In this document: positions 11,561-24,799 of the stretch, piece by piece | Layout: each line of letters starts with the position of its first letter | Position numbering within the stretch: position 1 is the stretch's first letter | Assembly: GCA_028534125.1 (NCBI GenBank) | Contig: CM052850.1 | Coordinates: 25,544,001 to 25,608,000 of the forward strand | Reading direction: 5' to 3' | DNA from: Lama glama | Taxonomy: Eukaryota | DNA: 64,000 nt | The notes under the pieces: model-generated | Told to the model about the DNA's origin: nothing | What the model saw: only the letters and a program-made list of their open reading frames with translations | Databases searched by the model: none | Translations under genes and position numbers: made by a program

Positions 11561-13894
11561 GTAGGCAGCTGTGGGCGCCAGGGAGCCAGCACTCTCCCTT
11601 TCCGGGACGGTCCAGAAGAGCGTCTGGAAGCTGTCTTTCCCTTCAGTAAAGCAAGAGAAAAAGCGTCGTGTGTTCCATGTGAAAAATCCCAGTCAGAGAG
11701 GGTGTGCTCACTGCCGGCCCCACGCCCAGCCCGGTGGTCGCCTCCCGCACCCTGTCTGCCCCTCCTCCCCGCGTGCCTTCCAGCCCCCGCTCCCTGCGCC
11801 TGCCCACCTGGGCCCGCGACAGCACACGGGGGCCCCCCGGCTGCCTTCTCCGGTGCCCCACTCCCGCCCGCTGCCGGCGCGTCGGGGAGCCTTGGGCTCT
11901 TGTGTGTGGGCTGCTCTGTGTCTGGACACCTGTGGGGTCTTCATTCCCAGGTGTTCCCTCGCCCCCCTTCCCTGCCGACACCAGTCACGTTGTTCACACT
12001 GTATTTCTTTCACGTACACCCTGCAGTGAAGCCCCTTGCCCGTGTGTCATGGGAAATATTTGTCGGGTGAGTTCCCAGAAGCAGGACGGCTGAGCATGTT
12101 GAGAGTTCTGATAAGACACTGACCGATGTCCCAGAAACGCTCTGTTTGTGTATTCTGTGAGGTGGCTTTTCCTACACTCTTGCTGAGGCTGGGAATTTTC
12201 CTTAATGACATTAAGGCTCACATCTGCTTGGGAACCTCAGCTAAATATTCAAGATGACGCTTTGTGAGGGACCCATGAACTTCAGCAACGTCATCTATGA
12301 AACAACTTTGTCAACACTTTTATTTTATAAAAAGATTTCCTAATGAGAGTTCTCCTCCTTCTCCCCATAAAGCTTTACGTGTTTTGTATGTCTGTTAAGT
12401 TGGAAGTGACAGGTGACCACAACTAAGGCACAGAGCGTTTTGGTTGCCTGGCTATTCTTTCTGGAATAGTAGAATTAAAATGCTGATGTTTTTTTCCAAC
12501 AAAGAAAAGAGAATTTTCAGAAATCTCATAAGAAAATACGTCTGTCTTGTGTGACGTGTTTGACGTGCTTACTGGAAGGCTTCACCGTGGAGTCCGCTGT
12601 GGTGTGCGGGGTGAGGAAGCAGCGCCGTGGCCCCGGGACGGCCCAGCAGCCCCGGAGCTGCGGGCGCCTTTCCCAGCGCTGCTCTGCAGGCAGTTTTCCT
12701 CCTTATTTCGCTTTGATTTGTTTATGAGCAGCACTGTCACCTGATAACTGCAGGATCAAGAGCCTGCCAGACCCTTGAGCAAAGTCAGGGCGTCCGGCTG
12801 TGGCTGTGGCTGTTCAGCACCCCGGGTTCTCTGTAAAAGTGAACCGGTTTGTTCAGAGCGGGGACTTGACGCCTTGACCTCAGTCAGCACCGCACCTCAG
12901 ACACCAGGGAGCCGGAAGTCCAAGGCCACAGCGCTGCCAGCATGCGTCCCTGCTTTACAAACCTCTGTTCGTATTTTGGTGGGTGGATGTCAGTTTCTTT
13001 AGAAGTCACACACTGTTGTAAGAGAAAAATGTTCCAGTTATATAAATCTTACGCATTTTTAGAACTATTAAAATTTTGACAGTTTTCTTCCCAAATAAAC
13101 CCTCTTTCTGTAAGTTACAGTTCAAAGGAGGATTAAAGAAGACATTTCTGAACCTGGTTTGTTCCCCCCTCTGGTCTGTGAACAGCTGGGAGCGACAGCG
13201 TACTGACGGATCCATGGAAACCCGCTGTGCGCCGGGCTCCCGAGGCCTTCGCAGTCAGAAGGCCTGTAGCCCCTGGCCCTGGTGACGGCCGCACAGCAGC
13301 AGGCACCGCCTGCCTTCCCTACGTCTGTGTCCAGAGTGGGTTTAAGACTGAGACTGTTTTTCCCTCCTCCCTGAAGTGTGAACTTTGTAAAATTTAAAGT
13401 GTAGTCAAGCAAGTAGAAGAAATAAAAATTTCCCATAATCTGAGCAACAGAACCACCTTTAAATTGTTGGCACGTACATCCTTCCAGTTTTTTCCGATTT
13501 CCACCTAAAACCAGAATGCCTGGGTTCTTGCGACTTTGCTCGCACTCCCCCCAGGCTGCAGTCTCCCCATCTGCACACATGTGCGATTGTAACTGTGATC
13601 GGGCCATCGTTTCTGATGATTGTGGTGGCTTTAAAATGAACATCTTTTGTCTGGTTTTAAAAGTCATGCACAAAAATTACAAAGAGCAGCGTAGCAAAGG
13701 ACAAAGAAGAAAATAAGCTGGCAGCCCACAGGCCGTAGGAAGTTGCTGCCGGAACCCAGCTATGTGGCCCTGCTGTTGGCGCCGGGCACAGCCATGGCGC
13801 GGTCCGTTTCCTCAGCTGCTTCACTGCCCTTTGCTCGTCTCCTGGCGGTTCTTCACGCTGCCACGGCGTGGAGTCATCTTCCCTGTTGTCACAG

Positions 13895-13960
13895 GAAGTC
13901 TGCTGTGTGACCCTGGTCAAGTCACTTGACCTCTCTGGACTTGATTTCAGCTGATTTTAG
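13895..13960. mobile_element. MIR core fragment
   Basis: gctgtgtgaccctggtcaagtcacttgacctctctg matches the MIR core. Confidence 0.7.
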
Positions 13961-14884
13961 GATTAGACTAATGGTTGTCTGAGTCTGTTTATCCTCCCCG
14001 TCCTGTTAGAACGACCAGCTTCCAGTGGGAGTAAATGGTTTGACGAAGCTTTTGAGAACCTATGTTTTGTTAACCATTTGTAGGCATGGGTTTTCCTTTT
14101 TTTGACTTGATTAAATGAGGATCTGTGCCCATACATTGTATGGAAGTGGATACACGGTGCATGATGCAAGCCCTCTGGTAAGCGCAAGGCTTCTTTGTCA
14201 TCGTTGGCCCGTGGCTGGTTCGGATGCTAACTTACCTCCAGGAGGTCAGCTCACTGCGCTCACCCAGGGCCCTGGACAGGTTCTGTTTCTTTACTTTAGG
14301 GTTTTGAGACGAGTCATCTTGTACTTGCTGGGGCAGGCCTTGAATGCAGGCTGAGTGCTTACCCGGGGCGGGAGCCACGAAGACCCCTTGGAAGGTGCCC
14401 TGGGGAGGTGCTGACTCCAGCCACGCTGTGAGGAGGGATGGCTCTGTGTCACCTGGCATGTTCGGTTTGAGACTAGTGTGGTGACCAACTTGTAACAACA
14501 TGGAACATGCAGACAGTGGAATGAGGTGGCCAGTGACGAGACTTGTTCCAGAGTCGGGAGGAAATCACCACCATGGTGGGTCCTGTTGGAAAGGGCGGCT
14601 GACTGAGCCCTGAGGGAGCGGCCTGAGGCCTCATGTTCGGGTCGGCTCTGTGGTGCGTTGAGGAAATAGTTTATCCACTATTTCAGTTTTCTTGAGGTTA
14701 AGGAGAGACCCTATTTTCTGCCAAACTAAGAATTTTTAAGTCAAAACTGTAAAAAGTGAAGAACGAGGCAGGTTGCACCATTTCTCATTTAACTATAAGG
14801 TGTCGGAACCGTTTGCTCTCCTAATATTAAACAGCTCTGTAAAACCTTGCATAACGAGTTTTCTGTCTCTGCCTTTGACTTCAG

Positions 14885-14976
14885 TTGTGCTGGAGAATCA
14901 TGTTGTGACAGACGACGATGAGCCAGCTTTGAAACGCCAGCGACTAGAGATCAGCTGCCAGGACCCGTCCATAAAG
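14885..14976 (+). CDS. BANP: BANP coding exon 2 (VVLENHVVTDDDEPALKRQRLEISCQDPSIK), includes basic KRQR motif
   Basis: Acceptor ctttgacttcag|TT, donor AAG|GTACGG; 92 nt; cumulative 162 nt, phase 0. Confidence 0.96.
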
Positions 14977-15029
14977 GTACGGGTGTGGGGGGGTGTCCTT
15001 ACCCATGTCTCCTCGGGGCGCCGGGGCAG

Positions 15030-15310
15030 GTCAGCGCTTCGGGGCTCACAGCAGGAGGGCTGCTCTCCCAGTCCCGGCACCAGACGTCTGAGATCAGGAT
15101 GTCGCAGGGCCACTGTGTCCCCTCCAGGGGCCCTGCGGGAGGGTCCTTCCCGCCTCCTCCCGCTCCCGGGGGTCCAGGCGTCCTGGGCCTGTGGCTGCAT
15201 CACTTAGGTCTCTGCCTCTGTCTGCACGTGGGCTCTCCTCTGTGCCTGTGTCTCCTCTTCTGTCTCTCACGAGGACAGTCTTACTGGATTTAGGGCCACC
15301 CTAACCTAGA
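15030..15310. mobile_element. MLT1 (ERVL-MaLR) LTR fragment
   Basis: tctgagatcaggatgtcgcagggcc, gtggctgcatcact, aggacagtcttactggatttagggccaccctaa are MLT1A-C-like motifs. Confidence 0.7.
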
Positions 15311-15862
15311 ATGTGCTCCCTCTGTGTTCCTGTAGACTCACGGCCAAGCTGGCAGCAGTGGGAGGCGCATCGGGTGTGTGGCCTGGTCCTTGGGTTTGCA
15401 GCCACGGGTGTCCCTGTGATGGGCGGGGGCTGGCGAGGCTGCTCTCTCCATGGCCACTAGGTGGCAGGCGTGCTGTTCCCACGCACAGGACTCTCGCCAA
15501 CACATGCGGGCAGGTTTCCGGGCCCTTTTGGTGTTAGGTGGAAACTGTTTTCGTAGTTAGGAAGCCTTGACCAGGTGTATGTGTAAGTTTACTGATTAAT
15601 AGAAACATATCCTGAAGACCACCTAAGTTTTGTGTCCGTGGACTTCAGTGTGACTTAGAACCGCAGCCACATGGAGAAGAAGCACGAGTGAGCAGTCGCG
15701 TTTTACATGCGGAGGCTGAGCTCGTTCCCTGGCGTGTTCCTGGCTTGCACCTGAGGGGCCGCCGTGCAGGGCTGTGCAGCTGGGACAGGAGCGGCTGGCC
15801 CTTGGAACTGTCTCCTAGTGGTCACGACTCCTTTCTGAAGCTTTTCTTCTCTTCACTGCCAG

Positions 15863-16062
15863 TCATTCCTGTACTCCATCAACCAGACCATCTGCTTGCG
15901 ACTGGACAACATCGAGGCCAAGCTGCACGCGCTCGAGGCCACTTGTAAGTCACTGGAGGAGAAGCTGGACCTGGTCACCAGCAAGCAGCACAGCCCCATC
16001 CAGGTGCCCATGGTGGCGGGCTCGCCGCTCGGCGCCACCCAGACGTGCAACAAAGTGCGATG
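15863..16062 (+). CDS. BANP: BANP coding exon 3 (SFLYSINQTICLRLDNIEAKLHALEATCKSLEEKLDLVTSKQHSPIQVPMVAGSPLGATQTCNKVR), coiled-coil region; alternative acceptor at 15887
   Basis: Acceptor cttcactgccag|TCA, donor TG|GTAAGA; 200 nt, ends phase 2; leucine heptad pattern in the translation. Confidence 0.95.
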
Positions 16063-17039
16063 GTAAGAGCGGGCGCTGGGCTCGCTACGCCACCCTCTCA
16101 GGGAAGTCTGCTGGGTGGCGTGGGGTCCTCGCGTCTTCTCTGTGCGTCCGTCCTTTGGGACCATCCCACCGGGGCTTTGAAGCCGTGCATCTGTCTCTTC
16201 TCTCCTTTCGTCCGTCTGGCTGGTCTTGAGATACTTTTTCTTCATAGGTGGCGTTTACAAATCTCCTGAGCACGTCACACTCCCCACCCGTGTCCGCACG
16301 TTCTGTTGTGCTGTTCTCCCCATGTGGAGCCGAGCTGGGGCGAGTTGTGCTGGAGCTCAGTTTCTGCTTGTGCTGCAGCTCCATGGAGTGTGTGTCCGAT
16401 GGGGCTGGCTGGTCTTCCACCTGAGTGCATGTCCTCGTCCAGGGCGCGGTCAGGTGCCCCTCCCGGGGCAGACCCTGTCGGCCCTGTTGGCCTTCCCATT
16501 CTTTCCCACACAGGCTACGAAGACGTGTTGTTTGTGGCGGTGGCAGCATTTGTCCTTGCACTTGATGGGAGCTTGGGGCGCTGTTACCGAGGGTCTTCTG
16601 TGGGGTCTCTGGGCCGCCCGCTGCCGCCTGCCCAGCGTCTGTGTGGGGCAAGGGCGGTGGGGCTCAGGAGTGGGAGCCAAGGGGCCGGAGGCCAGCAGCC
16701 AGCCTGCTCCCACGTCTGCCAAGTGCTCCAGGGACAGAGCAGCATTAGGGCCTTGCGGACATGCCTCAGTGTCGCAGTGGCCGCCTGTCCTGGTCTGTCT
16801 GGGACAGCCGTGGGTGACGCCTCCTTTAACTCTCAGATATGTCCTGGTGTGTTTGAGACACCGCGTGGCCCCTGCTCTGTAGCCGGGTGGGGGGCCCCGG
16901 GGCCTCTGTCCCCAGAGGGAAGGCTGGTGGTCCGTGGTGCTTCTCCCTGTGTTTAGTCCGTGTCCTGACAGGTCAGCCGTGTTTCTCCTGGTGAACATTT
17001 GTGGAGCCTGTCAGGAGGCTCAGGCCTAGCAGCACCAAT

Positions 17040-17220
17040 GCCTTTTTTAAAGAATAAGTTTTTTGTAATGCACTCTTGTCTTGAAATGTATTGTTTAGAG
17101 AGTATACTTCATACATAAAAATTTAATGTAATGCCTTAACTGTAACGTAAGGAGAAATAAAAGGATAGAAATAAAATGCATGAAATAAAATAATATGCAT
17201 TCTGACACGTAAATGTTTGG
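17040..17220. mobile_element. AT-rich probable hAT (Charlie-like) DNA transposon remnant
   Basis: aactgtaacgtaaggagaaataaaagga...aaataaaataatatgcatt resembles recalled Charlie-family internal sequence. Confidence 0.35.
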
Positions 17221-20200
17221 GTGAACTACGTGGGGAGGCAGTGAATGGGCCAGACCTCCCGTGTCAGACCGGGAGGGCTGTCACCTGGGGACTCAGGTAC
17301 CAGTTGGTGATAGAATATTACAAAAGGAGCAATTCTCAGTGATGTTTCCGATAAAGCAAAGTATAATTTTTTCTAGACTCAAACAGTTGAATTCCTGGAA
17401 AATTCATGTTATATTAAAACTTTCTGAAAGTATTTTGTATGTGAGTGTGGACTGGGGTAAGATTCTGGGCTCAGAGAGTCAGAAGCATGTTTTTCACTCG
17501 CATGAACGTCTGTGACATTGGAAACCTGCGGGAAGATTTGCTTGTGGGGAGGCTGTCCCATGCCTTGAAGGCTCTCAGCCACCTCGGCCTCTGTCTGTAA
17601 AACCGGTGGCTCATAGGTATAGCCAGGTGTGTCGCCAGGGCAGCGGCCTGTGAGCTGCTGTTCTGAGGTGAGACGAGAGTGAAGGACAGGCCTCCCGCCC
17701 TGAGCGAGGTGGCCCTCCTGCTGGTGTGACCTCTGTCCGTCACCTGAGTTCGGAGGAGGTGATTTCAGGAGCTGGGGACGGGCTCCGCTGGGGCCCCGCC
17801 GCCGGTGATCTGTGCTGCACCCGTCAGCTCAGGCACGAGGACGCGTCTGCGGGGCTGGAGGTGCCGCTGTGGCTGCGCCCGGGCCGCGGGGCGCTGGTGC
17901 CGGGCTCCCTGCGGGTCGGGTCCCGGGAGGAGGCCAGGCCTCCGCGCACAGGCCGCCCTGTTTGACGCCGGCGGGTGACGGGGCCAAGTTGCACAGTTGT
18001 GCTGAATCTCAGGTTTGTCTCCCCATCTTTATAAAAGGACCAGAAGGGGCAGGTTTGCTGGGCCTGCAGCCCTGGCTCCTACAGGCCGAGCACGGACCCG
18101 CCCGTGGCCCACGCTGTGCCTTCTGGGGGCCACGTCCTGACTTGTGGGCCACATCCCTTTGGGGTCACTTGTCTGGTGAGGGGGCTGCTCGCTTGGGTGA
18201 AGGCATTTCCAGCTGCAGGGCGCCCATCCCTCTCCAGTGACCGTGGGCCCACGGGGGACACGTGAGCAACTTCCCCGGTCAGGCCGCACCCCCGCCAGGG
18301 AGATGCTGTCTGCAAGGACAGACCGGCCTGCGTGGTGTCCTCCCTGTGCACTGACAGGTGGTAAAATAGGAGACAAGTGTGCCAATACGGACTCAGACTG
18401 TAATCCGGTTCATCTAAGTCCGTTAGGTTTTCTGATTTTAAAGATCCACATTGTGATGTAAAATCAGCCCCTTATAGAACACGCTTACTGTTTATCGGCA
18501 CACCGATTCCTAGCACTGCTAAGAAAAATGTTACTTACGTGAGTTATCGTGGGATTAATAGAAGGGACGGGCGTTCCTCCCTTTTCTCATAGGTATGGTT
18601 TTAAACAGGCTGGGTATGAGTGATTTTTTTAAAGATGCTAAACCTGGCATTTCCCTCCACACAACTTCTGAACATGAGAACAGAAATTACCAACAATTGA
18701 GAGCTGTTAACAAGAAAATTTGGGGAGAAGTGAAGGGTAAGAATTTAATCCTAGTGTATCGGTGAAAACATTGTATATTTAAGTCAGAAAACGACTACTT
18801 TGTAAACACTGAAGTCAGTGAGAATTGTGTGTCTTGTGTGGAACCCGGAAAAGAAAGTCTCCAGAAACAACTGAAAGTCGGTTAACATTCTGAGTAGAAG
18901 GTGCTTCTACAAGTTCTTTGCTTTGGGCCTCAGATATTTGAAATAGAAACTAGAAGTGTGTAGATCCTGGATTACCTTACATCCAAATCCCATGCCTTAA
19001 ACGTAGCTTACGATTCCTTGGCCCAGTTCGGTGTTTGCTGAGAGTTGCAAGTGTGAGTGTGTTCTCACGGTGTAAATGGGGGCGACCCCGAAGGGCTTTT
19101 CGGCTGTAAGGAAGACCCTTGATGGTGGATGAGAAGTCGTCCGTGAAGCACCACTCGCCTTCCACTTGCAGAGGCCGCACCTGGCCCGGAGCCAGCTCTG
19201 CAGCTGTGGGACGCACAGCTGCGCCCCTCTCGGCGCGCCGGAATCCGCTCACCTGCTGGTTATTTCTGATTAAAACTGGCCGGACTAGACTCTGCTCTCA
19301 GCTCTCGGTTAGTTACTTGTTCTCTTGAATCCCTGGAGCACAGAAGACAGTGGGCTGCTGCCAGCCTCAGCTGGCATTTTGGATCCAGATTTCCAGATTC
19401 TGCACCTGAATGAAATTCTTTAAATAAATTCAAGAAAAAAGAAGAGAAAGAAAGAAAACCTTTTTTTCTGGCGCCGTGTTTGTGCGGTTACCTGGATGGG
19501 CTTTCATCCGACAGTGGTGTGCTCCTTCGGGAGCAGGAAAGAGGACTTGGCTTCTGCTAGCTGGGTGCTTTCTCCCTTGCGAGCGCGCCGGCGCCGTGAA
19601 TTTGGGTTTTGCTTCGCTGTGATTCCGAGTGTAGTGACGTGAGGTTTCAACTCCAGAGCTGTTTCACCTTGACACTGGAGGTGGTGGGTGCGGAAGCTTC
19701 CCTTGCTGAGCTGCAGACGCCCGTAGGGTGGCTCAGCTGTTAAGTGCCGGCTGCGAGCATTTCAGGAGCGGCCTGCGTTGTTTTGCGTGCACTGAAGGGA
19801 TTGGGTGTGAAGTAAAACCCCCTTTTCTGCACTTCTTTGAGGCCAGACACAGTCATTTGAGGAACATGCAGGAGGCAGGACAGAACTGAGCCCTGCGATG
19901 CCCGTTGGACAGCCAGCGGGAGGGCCCGTGTGCAGGCGGAGATCGGGAGGGGTGCCCCCTGCCCCTGCCCGGCGGGCCCGCACGGAGCCCGGCTGTTTGG
20001 TGTCACACGGTGACGCAGAGCCAGCTGTTCGGGGTTTGTTTTCATTAACTGAACGTAGCTGATGAACTGAAAGAATGCTTGTGTTTCTTAGTTTTAAAAG
20101 CAATCGATTTTTATTCTCTTCATTTTTCAGTGTACATATGCTTTATTTTTATTGAGATGTAATTGACATGTAAGCGATTTTTATTTTTAAAAGCTTAAAA

Positions 20201-23200
20201 ATTTCTTTTAAAGCTTTAATGTGTTTCTACAATTTTAAAACAATTGTAATGACTCAGAGGCTTCTTGATAATACTCGAAATGAAAAACAGAAGTGATTCA
20301 GGTTCTTTTGCAGTTTTTCTTGCAGAGAGGTGTGTCATGTAAGATGTATGGGGGGGAACATCTTCATCTTTGTTTTTCTCTAAACCGATTACGCGCCCAC
20401 AGAGAATCGAGCTATTTGATCAAGAAATTATTTAAATTCCCCATAATAGGCTGATTGCTGATCCTCAGTTTTATTTCCCAGAGGATCTTTTTTTTTTCAA
20501 AAAGGTTGATGGATGTTTGTGGAAAGGCTGATCTGGTTTTTTGAGCCCTCCTGGCTCCTGGGTCGAGAGGCCTCCTTTGGGGCGTCTCTTCTCTGGCAGC
20601 CCTGAACCACGGTCGTGGCCGGGTACCCAGTGTTCAGTCCCCAGTCAGAAGTGCAGTGTTTCATGGGCTTCAGACAATGACAAACTCAAGATCGGGCTGT
20701 TTGAATTGTGAAGAGGTTGTTTGGTCTTAGCCGTGACGAACTGGTTTCCGACTTTCCTTACCAACTTTTGAGTTTTGGTGTTTGCATTTAGTTTTGTGTA
20801 CACACGGTTTCCTTTCCTGACTGGTCTATATGGCCTGGCACAGCTCTCCACTTCTGGTGACCTAGTGATGACACCCTGTGCATGTCAGGGCTGCTGACCA
20901 GAGAAGACATGCCGTTCGCGTGCATACGCACAGCTTCGGGGACAGTACGCCTGATGGCTCAGAGACGCCGTCTGATAACCGAGGCAGATGTCATCAGCTT
21001 TGATAGACCGTGCCCCTCCTGGCTTCAGGCCCGCTCACTCCTCAGGACTGGGATTGCGCTGGGTCTGAAGGTGACTCGGAGAGGACGCCTGTGCTCCCAG
21101 CACCGAGCCTCTGCTCCACGGCGTGGCGCCCCTCTCAGCGTGCCTTGTGGTCCCCACCGTGAAGCTCGTACACGAGTTTTCCGAGGCTTGTCTCCAGGCG
21201 CGGCACGCTCGGCGCTGCCGTGAGTGGCGATGTGCTCCGAGTGCCGGTTTACGGCTGCCCGGTGGGGCGTGCAGAGAGGCAGTGGGTTTTCTCTGCCGAC
21301 CTTTGTGCTGCCTTGTTTCTAAACCCACTTGTTTTAGGCCTTTTCTCTAGGGAGTTTTAAAAGCTCTGCTTCCTGTCGGATTTCTGCACCTTTGCTTACT
21401 CTGCTGCTCCGGGCAGGGCCGCCGCTTCAGTGTCCGCTTCAGAAAACACCTCTGCCTTGTCTCTCACCTGAGTGGCAGCCTCGAGTGTCCCGCCGCTAGG
21501 TGTGAGGTGAGCTGGGCGGTCTTCACGGCTGCTCTTTGTCAGGAGAGGAGGCTCCCCTTGATCCCTTGCCTCGTCAGAGCGTCCATGCTGAGCAGGCGCT
21601 GAGCTTGTACGTGCTGTGACGGGTGTCCTTGGGATGATGGCTTGGCCCTCCTCCTGTTGGTGCTGTTGCTGCGGTGAGTCACGCTGACTGATCCCGGGCA
21701 GGAAGGCGGCCTTGCGTCTCTGCTGCCGCAGCCTGGCTTGGTCACGGGGGGTCCCCTTTTGTGTGTCTCTGCGCAGGTTTTGCGCGCACCTGGTCCAGGG
21801 TTCCGCGTCTCTGTTCACGGGCCGCGTGTGTCTGTAGCTCTCTTTTTTGACACGTCTGCTTTGTTGTTGGGGTGACAGCCTCAGAGTGAGCCGGGGGGGC
21901 CGCCCTCTCTGTGCGTCTGCGAGCGTCTCTGCGGGGCCAGTTCCACCTCTCCCCTCCGTGCCTGGTGAAGTCTCTTCCCTCCGCGCCTGGTGGGGCCGCC
22001 GGCATGGCCGGCTGGGCCTGGGCTTCCACCGTGAACTCGGCCTCTGTCACGGACGCGGGGCTTTAGTAAATGGCGTTTTCAGGTTGGTGGTGTTGGATGT
22101 CACCCTCAGGAGAGTCCTTGTCATCGAGTCTGGGGTTTTTCAGCATCGTGTCCCCTCTCAGGTGTCAGTGAGTCCACAGGATGCTCTGGCCTAGTCTCCT
22201 CTGGCCTGGGCATTTTCCCAGACCCCCTTTCCTAGGTCTTTCTGAGGAGCGCGGCGTAGGTGTTTGCTGGGAGCCCCCGGCTGGGGTCGGCCCGGTTCGT
22301 CTCTCGTGGTGGGCGTGGGGGGCAGACCACGGGTGCAGCTGTCCTGGGCTTGTGGGCATGCGGGCCGGGTGTGCTCGCGGGGCCAGGGAGCCTGCCGGCC
22401 ACAGTCCCTGGGGCTCCCGCCGCTCCGTCCCCGCCTGTAGCCCAGGCCCCTGCGCGAGCTGGGCTCGTGTCTGTGCTGGGCTTTGGGTTGAGCCCCGTGC
22501 TGTGTGCAGCTCGCTGGCCGGGGCTGGTGCCGGGAGCGCTCCCCGGGGGCGCCTGTGCCCCCCGGCCCGTCCCCCGCGGGGTTTGGTTTGGTTGGAGCAC
22601 TTACGGCCTTTCTGGTCTGCACGGTCCTCGAGGCACCACCTCTGCCTTTGCTGGGAGCGGCTGCCGGAGCGGAGGTGCGGCGCTGGGGTCTTGCTGCCCT
22701 GGGGTCCCTCTGTGCTGCGGCTGTGCGTCCGCCCGTTGTCCTGGGTCGCGTTCCTCGCTCCTGGGAGGAGGGGGAGGAGGAACACGCTGCTCCTCTCTGG
22801 CTTCCCCCTCGGAGTCCGTCCTGTACCCCACTGGCTTCGGTAGGGGGTCGGGTGGGGGTGATGGGGCCAGAGGGTGTGGGGGGGGCAGTTGGGAACCCGT
22901 GCCTTCCGCACCCTGTCCGCGCCAAGCAGCTAGTGTTTGAGGTTTGTCGCAGTGGGGCACCCCATTTTTCTGGTGCATTGGTTGTTTGGGGGCAGTTGGG
23001 AGCTGATTTTACACTGTATTTTGCTCGTCTCGCTAGTTATTGGAAAGAAATTCTGATGCTAATTTAGTCTCATCCCTATGGTGTTGTTTTGGATCCTGGT
23101 TTTTGTGACCTTTGGCTCTTTAACCTGCAAGCATTAGAAATAAACCCTTTAAAACAAGCGTTAGCAACTGTTCAGACGCTGGGCGTGTTGGTCGGGTCAC

Positions 23201-24044
23201 CTGAGCTGCTGCAGCGGAGGACGCCCAAGGCCATAGTTTGCCTCTCGCTCGCATTTGTGGTGTCCTGTGGCGTTTCTGGTCCCCACACACTCTCCCCATG
23301 TGGCCGTGAGGCCCTGAGCCTCCCGTCCATGCTGTGCTACTCCATGAGGTCCCCAGTGTCTGTGAACTCTGGCTACCTTTCCACGGAGGGGGACGGGGAA
23401 ATATAGCCTGGCAGTGTGGCGGCTCCCAGAACAGGACCACCTATGAAAGGGGGAAGGGGGTCATGGTGGACCCCAGTCTGGCCCCTCTCAGGTGTGAGGA
23501 CTTCAGGGCACATGGTTTTATTGTTTCCCTGAGGATTGCTACCCTGTATCCTGCGTACTTTTTTTTTTGCTCTTGTTGAAACCCCAAGACTGGTAAACAA
23601 TTCTGTTTTTTAAAGCACATTACACTGAACACAGTTTCTTGTTTTATCATGACCCACGTTCTTGTGTGTCATGCAGGAGAGCAACTGGAAGCTGGTGGGA
23701 GGACATGTACCTTGGGAGCAAGTATCAGTGGCATTTTCTCATAAAAAGAAAACAGAATGACTTGAGATTCTTGCTAGCTTGTTTTTGTCAACAGAGGTTC
23801 TCATAAAAATTAGAAAATCAATATAGCATCAGATTTCCCAAACCAAACCAGGTGAGTAATTATTCTGAACTGCAGGCCAGTTTCAGGATACAATGTAGTG
23901 GGGCCGCCTGCAGGTGGACGGGAGGCAGCAGCTTTTTCGGGTGTTTCCCCGTGTTCTTCTAGGGCTCCTGCCCCAGCACGGGAAGCACCGTTGGGCGACA
24001 CTGTGTGAACAGACGTCACACATGACGTGACTGCCTCACACGGG

Positions 24045-24475
24045 TGCTGGCAGAAATAATCAATAAACAGTCCGTGACCGGGATAGAAAGAGAGTTTTAT
24101 TTGAGCCACACTGAGGACGACAGCCCGGGAGACACCTCGCAGGTCACTCTGAGGAGCTGCTTTGCAGAAGCAGGGTTTTCTGCACAGATTTATGTCTTGT
24201 CAGAATAAAGAACACCCAGCAAGTCAGGGATGTATCTCCTCAAGATTTCAGAAAAAGCAGAGAACGTTCACTGAGAGTCAGGGCGGCCCTGGCGCCGTGA
24301 AGAGCGCCTCCTTGTGGGAGGAGCCCCGGCACTGGCGTCCCGGGAAGGGGTGTCGCGTCTTCATTTTCAACACGACCTCCTTTGCTCCTGGTCAGGGCGC
24401 CCTTTTCTTTAGTAATCAGAGCAGGTGCACAGTACATGTTGGATTGGCCACAAATGGGCTGTTCTTATTGACACA
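24045..24475 (-). mobile_element. Solo ERV1 (MER4-group-like) LTR
   Basis: gttttatttgagccacactgaggacgacagcccgggagac..ctctgaggagctgct is typical of this LTR class; ends ttcttattgaca. Confidence 0.6.
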
Positions 24476-24799
24476 GGGTGGTGGTTAACGCACGGGTCTC
24501 GGCGTATGAGCGTCTTTCTGATCCCAGGAGTGGGGGGAGGACGTGCCATCGCCCAGTGCTGGGGGGCAGTTCAGTCCCCGGTCAGCACTGGAGGCAGGCT
24601 CTGGCGCTGGTTGGGGTTCAGACTGATCCCCTCACCGAGCCGCACGGTGGGTTTGGAAACAGACCTGCAGAGATGCCGACTAGATTCCGCGAAGGTGCAG
24701 AGTCATCGGAGGAAGGGTGGGAGGACAGGAGGTGCTGGAGCGGTTGGCCTCCAAGGGCGGAGTGAGCGGCATAACCCCGAGGAGACCTCACGCCTGAGC

